Shown here piece by piece: positions 1 through 11,650 of a stretch of 64,000 nt of DNA. The notes under the pieces are model-generated. The model was not told the DNA's origin, ran no database searches, and saw nothing but the letters and a program-made list of their open reading frames with translations. The DNA comes from Alphaproteobacteria bacterium (GTDB lineage: Bacteria; Pseudomonadota; Alphaproteobacteria; MPNO01; UBA830), in NCBI GenBank assembly GCA_964291215.2, contig OZ219790.1, forward strand, positions 1,536,001 to 1,600,000. Direction: 5' to 3'. Numbering within the stretch: the stretch's first letter is position 1; each line of letters opens with the position of its first letter. Position numbers and translations under genes: made by a program.

Positions 1-1648
1 CGCGGTCACGGTGCTGCGGCTCGCGATCGTCCCGTAGCCCATCGTCACCTGCGCGGTATCGGCAACGGTGACGTAGACGTCGTCGATCGGCACCTTCCAG
101 ATGTCGGCCGCAACCTGGGCGAAGACAGTTTCGTGTCCCTGGCCCTGCGGGCAGGCGCCGGTGGCAACCATGATCCTGCCGGTCGGATCAATCTTGACGG
201 TGGCACCCTCGAAGGGGCCGACGCCGGTACCCTCGGTGTAGCAGCCGAGGCCGAGCCCGATATAGCGACCCTCGGCGCGCGCCGCCAGCTGGCGTTCGCG
301 GAACGCCGTGAGCCCGCCGATTTCGTCGAGCGCCCGTTCGAGCGCCTTCGGATAGTCGCCGCTGTCATAGACGATCGGCGCGCCGTCGCGGTAGGCGAGC
401 CCGACCTCGTAGGGCATGCGCTCTGCGGGGATCATGTTGCGGAACCGCACCTCGGCCGGTTCGAGCCCGAGCGCGCCGGCGACGAGATCGACCACGCGCT
501 CCATGGCGAAGACGACCTCCGGCCGCCCGGCGCCGCGATAAGGCGCGTTGGCGGTGCGGTTGGTCAGCACCACCTTGCATCGCGCCTCGTAGTGCTTGAT
601 GTCGTAGGGGCCGAGCATGTGGGCAATCGAGTTGCCGGCGATGCCCGCGCCGACGGGGGTGTAGGCGCCCGAATCGACCACGAAGTCGCTGGAAACCGCG
701 ACGATCCGCCCGTCGTGGTTGAAGCCGACCTCGACATCGTAGACGTTGTCCCGCGAATGGGCAGCGTTGAGGATGTGCTCGTGCCGGTCCTCGACCCATT
801 TCACGGGGCGGCCAAGACGGCGAGCGAACCAGGCGACGAGAATGTCCTCCGGATAGACGTGGCCCTTGCCGCCGAACCCGCCGCCGACATCGGGAGCAAT
901 GCAGCGCACGCGCTCCTCGGGCATGCCGAGCGCCGCCGCGACTTCGCGGCGCACCCAGTGAACGACCTGGGTCGACGACCAGACCGTGACCGTATCGGTG
1001 CGCCGGTCATGATCGGCGACCACGCCGCGGCACTCGAGCGGCATCGCGGCGTAGCGATGATGGACGAAGCGCCGGCGCAGGCGGTGCGGTGCGGCAGCAA
1101 GCGCGGCGGCGCCGTCGCCCTTCCGGGCATGGAGCGAGGCGGCCACGTTGCGGCCGAGATGCTCGTGCACCAGCGGCGCGACGCCGGCAAGCGCGGCCGC
1201 GGCGTCGGCGACCGCGGGCAGCGGGTCGAACACGGCCGCGATCCGCTCCACCGCGTCCTCGGCGACATAGCGGTCCCCGGCGACGACGGCGGCGTAGGCC
1301 TCGCCGACATGGCGGACCTTGTCGCGGGGGATCAACTGCTGTTCGGGGATCACGATGTCGGTGTCGACGCGCTCGCGCCAGCCCTTCGGCGTCACCACCT
1401 GCATGCCGTCGATCGGCGGCAGCACGCCGTGCAGTTCGGCTCCCGACACGGCAAGGGCGACGCCGTCGACGGCGCGTGCGACGTCGAGGTCGACCGAGAC
1501 GATGCGCGCGTGCGCCAGGGAACTGCGCGCAAAGGCGGCGTGAAGCATCCCCGGAAGCCGGATGTCGGCGACGAACTCGCCCTCGCCGGCCAGCAGCCGC
1601 CGGTCCTCGCGGCGCGGCACCGGCTGTCCGACATAGCCGGGAAGCGCG

Positions 1649-1656
<8 letters not shown>
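1..1656 (-). CDS. Xanthine dehydrogenase / CoxL-like molybdopterin-binding subunit (partial, runs off left edge)
   Basis: Manual translation from ATG at 1656: [39 protein letters not shown]. Contains VGGGFGGK and the active-site loop NAPYRGAGRPE. Overlaps the stop of the 2Fe-2S gene. Missing from the ORF track because it has no stop in the window. Confidence 0.92.
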
Positions 1657-2139
<483 letters not shown>

Positions 2140-2143
<4 letters not shown>

Positions 2144-3012
2144 CGGCCGGCCTCCGCCCTGGCGATCGCGGCGGCAAGGGCGCGCCGCGTCATCGCCGCA
2201 GTGAGGCGCCGCCTGTATTCGGCGCTGGCGTGAATGTCGGTTTCGGGCTCGACCTCGCCAGCAGCCGCGGCGGCCGCGGCCTCGACGGCATCCGCGCCCG
2301 TGCCGCTGCCGCGGATGGCGGCCTCAGCTCCGGCCAGGCGGCGGGCGGCGGAGCCAACACCGCAGGCGGCGAGGCGGATGTCGGCGACGGAATCGCCGGC
2401 AAGGGTGATCCGCGCCGCGACCCCGGCCAGCGCGAAATCGCCGCGCCGGCGGGCGATCTCGGCGAATGCCGAGCCGCTTGCCGGCGGCATTTCGGGAACC
2501 AGGATCTCGGTCAGGATCTCGTCGGCATCGAGGGCCGTCGAAAACACGTCGAGGAAAAAGTCCGCGGCTGCGATGCGGCGCTCGCCTCGCACGCTCCGCG
2601 CGACCATAGTGCAGCCAAGCGCGATGGCCGCGGCCGGATACTCCGCAGCCGGGTCGGCGTTGGCGAGACTGCCGCCGATCGTGCCGCGGCTCCGGATCGG
2701 GAGATGGGCGACATGGGTCGTCGCCTCGTGCAGGAGCGGCGCCCTGTGGCGCACGAGATCGCTGTTCTCGATCGTGCGCTGACGGGCCATGGCGCCGATC
2801 CGGTAGTGGCCGTCGGCAGCGGCGATGCCGTCGAGCCCGGCCACCCCGTTGAGGTCGATGAGGAGGCGCGGCCGCGCAAGGCGGAAATTCATCATCGGAA
2901 CCAGGCTCTGACCGCCGGCGAGAAGCTGCGCCTCGGAGCCGCCCGACGCCAGCATCTCGAGCGCGTCCTCAATGTCGGCCGGGACCATGTATTCAAAGGC
3001 GGCAGGTTTCAC
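2140..3012 (-). CDS. FAD-binding subunit, CoxM-like
   Basis: GTG start (VKPAAFEY); AGGQSLVP and IRSRGTIGGSLANADP motifs; GTGA overlap with the 2Fe-2S gene. Confidence 0.93.
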
Positions 3013-3139
3013 GATATGGTGTTCTGTGTTTTGCGGGCATGCCGCTATAGGTGCACGGTCCGCGGTCGACGTCAATGGTCGGCGCCGTGAGGCCCGCCCG
3101 TGTCCGGGCGGCAGGACCAAATCCAGGGAGGATCAGAAC

Positions 3140-3670
3140 ATGAGCGTTGCGAGACATCCCAGGCCGGCCGAGCTTGAGGGCGTCGGAATCGCGAAGATCA
3201 TGGACCGGTATGTGGCGCGCTTCAGCGAGCGCAAGCCCGACTGGAACGCGTTCGAAGACGCGAAGATCGAGGGCTACAAGCGTGCCCAGCACCGCTTCAT
3301 CGGCGCCGGCGGTTCGGGCAAGCATGACGATCCGTCGGTCATCCCGGCGCGCGCCCACACGCTGAGCATCATGTATGTCGAGCCCGGTCAGGGCAACGCT
3401 GCGCACACCCATGAGGTCGAGGAGACGTTCTTCGTCCTCCAGGGCCTGCTCGATGTCTTCGTCGAGGAGGAGGACGGGAGCCGCATGACCACGCGTCTTA
3501 GCCGGTGGGACTGCATCAGCTGTCCGCCCGGGGTCATTCACGGCTACGACAACAACAGCCTTGAGCCGGTGTGGTTTCAGGTGATGCTGGGACGCGGGCG
3601 CCCCGAAACCATGGGCTATGCCGATTCCGAGCTGTTTCACCGCCGCGACGCCCACCTTCGCGAAGCGTGA
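3140..3670 (+). CDS. Cupin domain protein
   Basis: GGAGG RBS before ATG 3140; cupin motifs HTHEVEETFFVLQG and PPGVIHGY. Confidence 0.85.
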   Translation: MSVARHPRPAELEGVGIAKIMDRYVARFSERKPDWNAFEDAKIEGYKRAQHRFIGAGGSGKHDDPSVIPARAHTLSIMYVEPGQGNAAHTHEVEETFFVLQGLLDVFVEEEDGSRMTTRLSRWDCISCPPGVIHGYDNNSLEPVWFQVMLGRGRPETMGYADSELFHRRDAHLREA

Positions 3671-3681
3671 TCGGAGCGCAC

Positions 3682-4267
3682 TGAGCGTCTTCCTGACCGT
3701 CTCTTCCGAAATGCGCTCGACGATCTCCACCAGACGGCCGGCAAGCAGCTTCAGCGTCCACAGCCCTCGGGCGGGGACGAACAGGGCGATCAGCTTCGCC
3801 TCCATCGCCCCCGTTTTGGCCGGCGGTTCACCTGCTCCTTGCGGCTGAGGGCGGCGTCCAGCCCCTCCAGGACGCAGCGCTTGCGCAAGCGCTCAATCGT
3901 CGCCGTGCCGATACCCAGCCCTTGCGCAATGTCGGCATCGACAAGCGCCCCCTCAGCATCAGGACCTGTGCCCGGCGCCAGGCGGCCCCGGTGCCGTCGA
4001 CGATCGCCTTCAGATCCTGGCGCTCCTGCGTTGAAAGGGTCACGCGGTAGAGCTTCCTGCCCCGAGAGTTGGCCATATGCGCCGCTCCTGTCATTGCGCC
4101 GAAGACCTGCGGGCATGCCCGTTGTCCGGATCTGCACATGGGGTTGCGGCTGCCTGCCTGTTCGGCATCTGCCCGTGTGGATATCGGCACTGTCCGGATT
4201 CCAACGAACGCCGACACGGAAATACTACCCACGAAAAACCATCAATACAATGCCGGTAGACTACTAG
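3682..4267 (-). mobile_element. IS630-family remnant (one end plus HTH part), frameshifted
   Basis: Ends ...GTAGACTACTAG; fragments TIERLRKRCVLEGLDAAL and WTLKLLAGRLVE..ISEETVRKTL; closely matches 34223-34760. Confidence 0.85.
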
Positions 4268-4482
4268 TTGCCGAGGAGCGGGACGGCGGCTTCTGCGCCA
4301 TCCAGTGCAAGTGTCATGCGCCGGGCACACGGATATCGGCGCGGGCTCTCGATTCCTTCATCGCCGCGTCTGCGCGTGAGCCGTTCACGGCGCGAAAAAT
4401 TGCGATCAAGGGGCGATCTGTAGTGACGCGAGCCCCAACGCACTCGGATTTCGCGTCTCGGAATCAGCATGGGATCGTCGTG
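4268..4482. mobile_element. End fragment of the CACGACGATCCC-TIR (ISNCY-like) family
   Basis: Ends ...CAGCATGGGATCGTCGTG; 4381-4482 is the reverse-complement homolog of 49035-49122 plus 49469-49480. Confidence 0.7.
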
Positions 4483-4747
4483 CAACGACCATTGAGCCGC
4501 CCGGCTTCTGTCCGCGTGAGGCTGACGCGTTCGGCACTCCTGCAAGTCCGGAAGGCGGACGAGGTTGACCCGATGCGCCGCGATCGTGCGCAGCATGCTG
4601 CGCCGGGCGCCTTCTTGCGCGCAGTGCACGAGGGAACTCAACCGGTCACCGAACGACGGCGCGGCGCGGTCCCGCTCTTTGACGGCAAGCGCCGCGCGGC
4701 CATGAACGCCGTGCCGGAGACCTGACGCACCACTACCGGGCGTTTTC

Positions 4748-5543
4748 CTACCAGCGGAGCGCACCGCGCAGCATGAGGCTGTCTTCGGGGCCCGGCCGGT
4801 GCGCGCCCTCGAGGCCGAGCGAGACCCCCGCGCCCATGCGGTAGCGCGCGCCGAGCCGCAGGGTGCGTGCGCCCGCCAGGCTCAAGCCGGCCCAGGGGGT
4901 GAGCACCGCCAGCGGCCCCGGACCGGCAAGGCCGAACCCGTGCCCCACCTCGGCCTCCAGACGGCTCTCTGCCGCGCCAGATGCGGCCGCCGGCAAGTCG
5001 AACAGCTGCCCGAGGCCGCTCTCCGTGCGCCCGTGCGCGGGACCGAAGGCGAGGAACGTCCCGCGCCCGTCGGCCCCGGGGTCGAGGCGCACCAGCGCGC
5101 TCACTCGTCGCGGTCCGCCTCATGCGCCGCCAGAAGCCGTGTACGCAGCTCCGCTGTCAGACCCGCCGCCGGGTCATGCCAGGTCACGCCCCGGCCTCGA
5201 GGCCCGCCCCTTCGGCAATGTCGCCGCCGTCATGGCGCACCCCCGCCTCCAGCGCCGGGGTCAGCGTCGCACCGCCCGCCAGCGCGTGCTCGTACGAGCC
5301 CTCCAGCAGCAGCCGCAGCCGCGTCGTCTTCGCCGTCAGGCCGTCATCGGACCCCGTGCGCAGGCGCGCCGCCGAACCCTCGCCCTTCACCGCAAGGCGC
5401 GTCATGCCGCCCCCGATGAGCTCCGCATCCTCGAGCAGGACGCTGCGCCCGCCCGCCGCCGCGCTCCAATGCGTCAGGCCGGCGCTGCGCGCCGCCGCGC
5501 CCTCCTCGGCAATCCGCACCTCGCCGGTCCCGTAGCCGAGGCT
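4748..5543 (-). pseudogene. C-terminal autotransporter-type beta-barrel remnant of a large surface protein
   Basis: Fragments RLRLLLEGSY...LTPALEAGVRHDGGD and RLEAEVGHGF...LTPWAGLSL...LRLGARYR...SLMLRGALRW* (terminal aromatic residue), split over frames; truncated upstream by the IS at 5544. Confidence 0.7.
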
Positions 5544-8262
5544 CAGATGTCCTGACTTCGGGAGTGTTGGCGATCAAGAAGTGTGAACCCTTGGTGGCCG
5601 TTCAGGTGGGCTTCTCGGGCAGTTCGTAGACCATGCGGAGTTCGGTTCCTGGAAAGAGTGTGCGGGTATCGTTGAGTTCCTGCAGCAGCCCTGCGATGGC
5701 GTCATCGCTGGCGTTGCATGCGGTTCCGAGGATGCGCACCCGGAGGATGCCCCGTTCGGGGTCGGGGAGGATGTCGGCGTCGGCCTGCAGGAGTGCGCGG
5801 AGGTGTCTTCGCGGTCGCTGTTTCTTGCCCTGCTCCCTGGCCACGGCCGCCATCATCCGGGTTTCGGCGCGGTAGGCAATCATGCGCAGGATGTCGAGCC
5901 AGTGCCGTTCCCGGGACGCCAGGGCATCGAGGGCTTGATCGTCTCTGAGATCCTTGACCCGGACATGCTTCGGGGTCTCCTTGCGTTCTTGTTGCAGGGC
6001 CTTGATCCTGGTTTCGAGTGTCTCCTTCTCGGCCTGCAGTTGTCCGACTTTCTGGAGGATTGCGTTGGAGGGTTCGGGCTTGCGTTCCAGTTCGGCGATC
6101 CAGTTGCGGAGCGTGCCGAGTGCCTGCGGCGCAGCTCGCGGTCCCTGTTGCGCCAGTCCGGGTTGATGCGTCCGGATCCTGGGGGACCAGACTGTGCACC
6201 GGCAGGGAGTCGAGGTGGAATTCTTCCCGAGCGTACTTGAAGAAGTTCTCCTGGGACCATCGCGAGAACAGGGCACTCGCGACCCGCGACAGGCGGAAGT
6301 CCGTGGTGATCAGGGCGATCTGGCGGCCGTCGCCGACGGCGGATCTGCCGGACCTCGGGACCGTCGTGCAGGCGGATGCGCTTCTCGGCCAGCCAGATGT
6401 CGCTCGTGCGGTCGCCTCCAGGGCCGTGAATCGGCACCGTCTCGAGGGAGAACTCCTCTTCCGGCCAGTCCTTGCCCTTGAAATTCTTGTGCCAGGTGAT
6501 CACCGCGATCCCGCGAGACGACGGAACAGGGCCGGACTCCAGCCCTCCCGGTCGAAGGTCAGGGCCGGCCATGTCGGCAGTGGTGAGGCATCCGGCCCTG
6601 CCACGCCCAACTCCTCCAGCGCCGGCAGAACATCCCGTTCCAGGGCGCGGGTCAGGGCGGGATCGAGGTTCTTGTGCAGGCACAGCAGCGGCCGGCCGCC
6701 AAGCGCATGGACCCAGTAGCTGACCGAAGCCGGCAGGCTTCTGACGAGACACGAAGTGCTTCGGCAGACGCCCCTTGCGGCCGGTATACACTTTCACGTG
6801 ACCGACAGCGTCGCGGTCGCCTCCGGGTCCTCCGCGCACCAGTCCCTCGCCAGAGCCACGCCGTGAGCCATCCGCCGCCAGTGCGCGAACCTTGCTCCGC
6901 AGCGTCTTGACCTCCGGACAGCGGTCCAGACCCAGGATGGCGCCCCATTCCCCCGGAGACTGGTAGCGCCTCCGCGTTCCGCACCCGGGCCAGCAGGAGA
7001 AAGGCCTGCAGCAACAGGATGCTCGTCACCCCGTAGTACCCCAACGACAGGAACGCGTGCTTCAGCAGCCCCTCCCGGAGAAGCGCCGGCAGCGCCGCGA
7101 GCACGCCGCCGTGCGCCACCGCCGACAGGGCCTCGGCAAACCGGGGCTGCGCCTCGGGCAACTTTCCGACTGCGGCCGCGACCCATCGGCGCCGAACGGT
7201 CCCGATCGTCGCGGGCGAGCGGACGCGGCGCCGGGGATCCCTCGGTGTCGCAGGCCGGCATGGACGCTTCTTGCGGCCCTTCTCCGATGCGTCGGACCCG
7301 GCAGTCGCGGCCTCCGGCCGCGACGATCGAACCCTTCCGGCAATGGTAGTTCAGGGTCGCGGCGTTCACGCCGAGTTCGCGGGCCGACACGCTCTTGCCC
7401 TCGGCCAGCAGACGGTCCGCTTCCTCGCGGATCTCCTGCGTGATCAGGCCACTCCCACCCGGACGGACACGCCGGAGCCTGCAACCGGTCCCGCGGAAGG
7501 CAGATGACCCTTCCGGCGGTGGGCCTGCAACATCTCCTTCGACATCCCCAGAGCACGGGCCACCGCCGCATCGCTCCTCCCCTCGGCCAGCAGACCGAGA
7601 GCCTTCTCCTTCGTCGCGGCCGAGAGCGCCGGGACCTCGCGGCACGGACGAAGTCCGCGAGCGGCAGCACCGTCCCCCGAACCCGCGGGCGCAAGATGGC
7701 CGCGCCGGCGGTTGTAGTTCAGCGTCTCCTTCGACAGCCCCAGTTCCCGCGCCACCGCCGCACCGCTCATCCCCTCGGTCAGCAGACGCGTCGCACGCTC
7801 CTTCATCTCCCCCGTGATCGCACTCACCCCGCGTACCGGACAGAACTGCAGGAAGCCGGCCTCGCCCTCATCGCGCAATCGGTTCACCGACCGCTGCAGG
7901 GTCGTGCGAGAGAGACCGAAGGCCATGTCCGCTCGGCGCACCCCGCTCTCGGCCAGGCGGGCCGCCCGCAGGAGCCGCGATCGTCCACATCGTGAAAGTC
8001 GTAGGGTTCGAGGTTCGAAAAATAGACCACCTGACCGCGTTCGTTCTCGGCGAACGAGAAGCAGGAATGTCCGATCGGAACCGCCTCGGGAGGGGACAGG
8101 GAAAGCGTGTACATGGGCCACCTGGAGCAAGAAAGCGGGGTTGCGTACCTTACTCGATAGCAGATTCACTTGTCAAGCCCGCCAAACCCTGAAAACCCTT
8201 GGTTTCCCTGTGGAAAAGGGCTCCGTCAGACCAAAGACGGCTTTCCGAAGTCAGGACGTCTG
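5544..8262 (-). mobile_element. Unclassified IS with CAGAyGTCCTGACTTCG TIRs, degraded large transposase
   Basis: TIRs 5544-5560 and 8246-8262 (1 mismatch); fragments GHVKVYTGRKGRLPKHFVSRQK, WSQENFFKY and MIAYRAET...DADILPDPE..ILRVRIL; N-terminal HTH repeats; many frameshifts. Confidence 0.85.
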
Positions 8263-8673
8263 AACATGGACAAGTGGATGATTCGCGTAGAAGCACCTGA
8301 TTCTGGCGGCTTGACGTGGGCACTCCTCCTCCGTGTGGCTTGTGGTGCTCCTTACCTCCCTTTACGCTCGTGAACGGGTGTCGGGCGGCGGGTCACGGGC
8401 TTTCCGTCGCGCTGCTCGTCGCCACGCCCGGTTGGAGCTTCTCCGGTCAGTCCGATTCGCTCCGAGACCGCGGACTGAACGGGGATAAGAATGGTCCTGT
8501 GGCCGGCCCGGGCTGGACCTCGAATGGCGTGCTGTCGGCCAGCCCATGCGAGATTGCCGCGAACCGCCCTGTCGGCTAGCATGCCAACGTGGCCGGAACA
8601 GGCCGTTTCATGGCGCGAAGAGCGGTTGGCGGGCGACTCGTTGACCGAAACCGGGACAAGGGGAGGTCGGCGC

Positions 8674-10104
8674 GTGGCCAACAAGGATTTGCGGAACTGG
8701 ATCGGCGAACTCGAGGCTGCGGGACAGCTTCATACGGTAACCGGCGCCGATCACGAGGAGGAAATCGGCGGCATCGTCGATATCGCAATGCGCAAGATGA
8801 CCAACCCGGCGGTGATGTTCGACGAGGTTCCGGGTCACGCAACGGGCCATCGCGTGCTTGCCAACATCCTCACCTCCGTGCCGCGGATCAATCTTGCCCT
8901 CGGGCTGCCCGCGGACTCTCCGGAAATCTCGCTGGTCCAGTTCTGGCGCGATTATATGCGCGACCAGCCGGTCCACACTCCGGTCGAGGTCAATGGCGGC
9001 CCGCTCGACGAAAACGTGTTCGAAGGCAACGACATCGACATCACCACGATTCCGACGCCCAAGTGGCACGAGCATGACGGCGGGTATTTCATCGGCACCG
9101 CCTGCATGGTCGTGATGAAGGATCCCGACACCGAATGGATCAACTACGGCGCCTACCGGGTCCAGGCCCACGACCGGAAGACGGCGTCGGTGATGGTATC
9201 CAAGGGCAAGCACGGCAATCTCATCATGAAAAAGTATTTCGAGCGCGGCGAGCCGTGCCCGATCGCCGTCGTCGCCGGCATGCATCCGGCGCTGTTCATG
9301 GTCGCCGGCCTCGAAATGCCGTACGGCAAGAACGAGTACGACTGCGCCGGCGGGCTGCTCGGCGAAGGCGTCGAGATCATCAACATGCCGAAGACCGGCC
9401 TGCCGGTGCCGGCCGCCGCGGAAATCGCGTTCGAGGGGTTCGTCCATGCCGACGATCTGGTCGACGAGGGGCCATTCGGCGAATGGACCGGATACTACGC
9501 GGGCGACATGCACCCGGAACCCGCCATCCGGATCGAGACCTTCATGCACCGCGACAACCCGATCCTGCTCGGCGCCATCCCCGCGGTGCCGCCCAACGAC
9601 GACACATTCTACCGCGGAACCTACAGGTGCGGCGCCGTGTGGAACCAGCTTGAGGCGGCCGGCATTCCGGAGGTCCGCGGCGTGTGGGCGCATGAGGCCG
9701 GCGGAAGCCGCATGTGGCTGACCGTGTCGATCAAGCAGATGTATGGCGGCCAATCGAAGCAGGCCGGATTGGTCGCCTCCCAGTGCCATGCCGGCGCCTA
9801 TGCCAACCGGTGGGTGGTCGTCGTCGATGACGACATCGATCCGTCGAACATGAACGACGTGATCTGGGCGATGTGCACGCGCTGCGACCCGAAGGACGGC
9901 ATCGACATCCTCAACAACTGCTGGAGCACCCATCTCGATCCGATGAGCTACAGCCACGACGACCGCCGCAACTCGCGCGCGGTGGTCGATGCCTGCCGCC
10001 CCTTCAACCGGCGGGACACCTTTCCGGTGGTGGCACGCAACAGTTCCGACCTCGATTCGCGGCTCCAGCAGAAGTTCGGGGACATTTTCGGGAACCAGCC
10101 ATAG
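8674..10104 (+). CDS. UbiD-family (prFMN-dependent) decarboxylase
   Basis: GGAGG RBS and GTG start; INYGAYR, EGPFGEWTGYY and VVVVDDDID motifs. Confidence 0.93.
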   Translation: MANKDLRNWIGELEAAGQLHTVTGADHEEEIGGIVDIAMRKMTNPAVMFDEVPGHATGHRVLANILTSVPRINLALGLPADSPEISLVQFWRDYMRDQPVHTPVEVNGGPLDENVFEGNDIDITTIPTPKWHEHDGGYFIGTACMVVMKDPDTEWINYGAYRVQAHDRKTASVMVSKGKHGNLIMKKYFERGEPCPIAVVAGMHPALFMVAGLEMPYGKNEYDCAGGLLGEGVEIINMPKTGLPVPAAAEIAFEGFVHADDLVDEGPFGEWTGYYAGDMHPEPAIRIETFMHRDNPILLGAIPAVPPNDDTFYRGTYRCGAVWNQLEAAGIPEVRGVWAHEAGGSRMWLTVSIKQMYGGQSKQAGLVASQCHAGAYANRWVVVVDDDIDPSNMNDVIWAMCTRCDPKDGIDILNNCWSTHLDPMSYSHDDRRNSRAVVDACRPFNRRDTFPVVARNSSDLDSRLQQKFGDIFGNQP

Positions 10105-10290
10105 GCCCGGCCTGCGGTCCCGCATCGTCCTGATCGGCCGCGAAGGCAGACTTTCCGGAGACCGAACGCTGCGGCTCGCCACAGGCGCCGCCCCGGCCGG
10201 TACGGCCCGTGATCGGGCGCGAGCCCGTCTGGATCATCCGGGACCGGCTCGTTATATTGCGGGCACCGCGAAGCTGGAGGCAGGCATTTG

Positions 10291-11145
10291 ATGTTGCAAT
10301 ACGAGGCACCCCGGACGGTTGAGGCCGCGGTCGCGCTCCTCGGCTCCGCCGGGGCGAAGGCGCTGGCTGGCGGCACCGACGTGCTGGTGCTCCTTCATTC
10401 GGAACTCATCGAGCCGGACATCCTGGTCGACGTGAAGCGGATTCCGGAATTGCGCGAGATCGTCCACGAAGGCGGCGGCTGGCGCGTCGGCGCGGCCGCA
10501 CCCGGAATGACGATACTGGATCACGCGGGGTTCGCGAAGGCGTGGCCGGGCGTGGTCGAGGGCGTCGCCCTCATCGGGTCGATGCAGATCAAGGGACGCG
10601 CCACCATCGGCGGCAATCTGTGCAACGCGTCGCCGGCTGCCGACAGCGTGCCGCCGCTCATTGCCGCGGGCGCCAGAGCTGCCATTGCCGGGCCCGGCGG
10701 CACCCGCGAGGAACCGGTGGAGAACATTATCGTCGGTCCCGGCCGGACATCGCTCGCGAGCGGCGAGATCGTGACCTCGTTCCAGTTCCCGCCCCGCCCC
10801 GCCCATGCCGGCGACTGTTATCTGCGCCTGACGCCGCGGACGGAAATGGACATCGCCGTCGTCGGCGCCGCCGTGAATGTCGTGCTCGACGGCGACGGCG
10901 TCTGCACGGAGGCTCGGATCTCGCTCGGCGCGGTCGCCCCGACGCCGCTCCTGGTTGCCGAAGCCGGGGACCCGCTCGTCGGTACGCGGGTTGACGACGC
11001 GGCGCTCGAGGCGATGGTCGAAGCATGCCGCGCAGCCTGCGATCCCATCAGCGACAAGCGCGGCACCAGCGAATACCGAATCAGGACGGCCGGCGTGATG
11101 GCGCGCCGCGCTGCCCTCAAGGCACTTGAACGGGCACGGGCGTAG
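10291..11145 (+). CDS. Xanthine dehydrogenase family FAD-binding subunit
   Basis: AGGTDV and QIKGRATIGGNLCNASPAADS motifs. Confidence 0.93.
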   Translation: MLQYEAPRTVEAAVALLGSAGAKALAGGTDVLVLLHSELIEPDILVDVKRIPELREIVHEGGGWRVGAAAPGMTILDHAGFAKAWPGVVEGVALIGSMQIKGRATIGGNLCNASPAADSVPPLIAAGARAAIAGPGGTREEPVENIIVGPGRTSLASGEIVTSFQFPPRPAHAGDCYLRLTPRTEMDIAVVGAAVNVVLDGDGVCTEARISLGAVAPTPLLVAEAGDPLVGTRVDDAALEAMVEACRAACDPISDKRGTSEYRIRTAGVMARRAALKALERARA

Positions 11146-11167
11146 GGCCCGGCGGGAAAGGACGGAG

Positions 11168-11647
11168 ATGGCGAAGAAGACTTATGTCACGACGACCGTA
11201 AACGACGACAGTTACGAGTATCTATGCGAGCCCGGCCAGACTCTGGTCGATGTGCTCAGGAACGAGCTGGAACTCACGGGGACCAAGGAAGGCTGCTCGA
11301 CCGGCGATTGCGGCGCCTGCAGCGTGATCCTCGACGGCGAGCTCGTCTGCTCGTGCCTGGTGCTGGCGGTGGAGACCGACGGGCGCAACGTCGAGACCAT
11401 CGAGGGCATGGCTGACGGGAGCAAACTTCATCCCCTGCAGCGGAACTTCCTCGAGCTCAACGGCCTGCAATGCGGAATCTGCACGCCCGGCATACTCGTT
11501 GCCGCCAAGGCGCTGCTTGAGCGCAACCCCGATCCCACCGAGACCGAGACCCGCTACTGGCTGGCAGGAAACCTCTGCCGCTGCACCGGGTACGACAAGA
11601 TCGTCCGGTCGGTCCTCGCGACGGCCGAAGAGATGAGAGGAGCCTGA
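11168..11647 (+). CDS. (2Fe-2S)-binding subunit
   Basis: GCSTGDCGACSV, QCGICTPG and NLCRCTGY motifs. Confidence 0.95.
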   Translation: MAKKTYVTTTVNDDSYEYLCEPGQTLVDVLRNELELTGTKEGCSTGDCGACSVILDGELVCSCLVLAVETDGRNVETIEGMADGSKLHPLQRNFLELNGLQCGICTPGILVAAKALLERNPDPTETETRYWLAGNLCRCTGYDKIVRSVLATAEEMRGA

Positions 11648-11650
11648 ATC

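Noticed and set aside
4490-4720. Possible IS5-type C-terminal fragment (TIAAHRVNLVRLPDL)
   Set aside because: Too short and degraded to support
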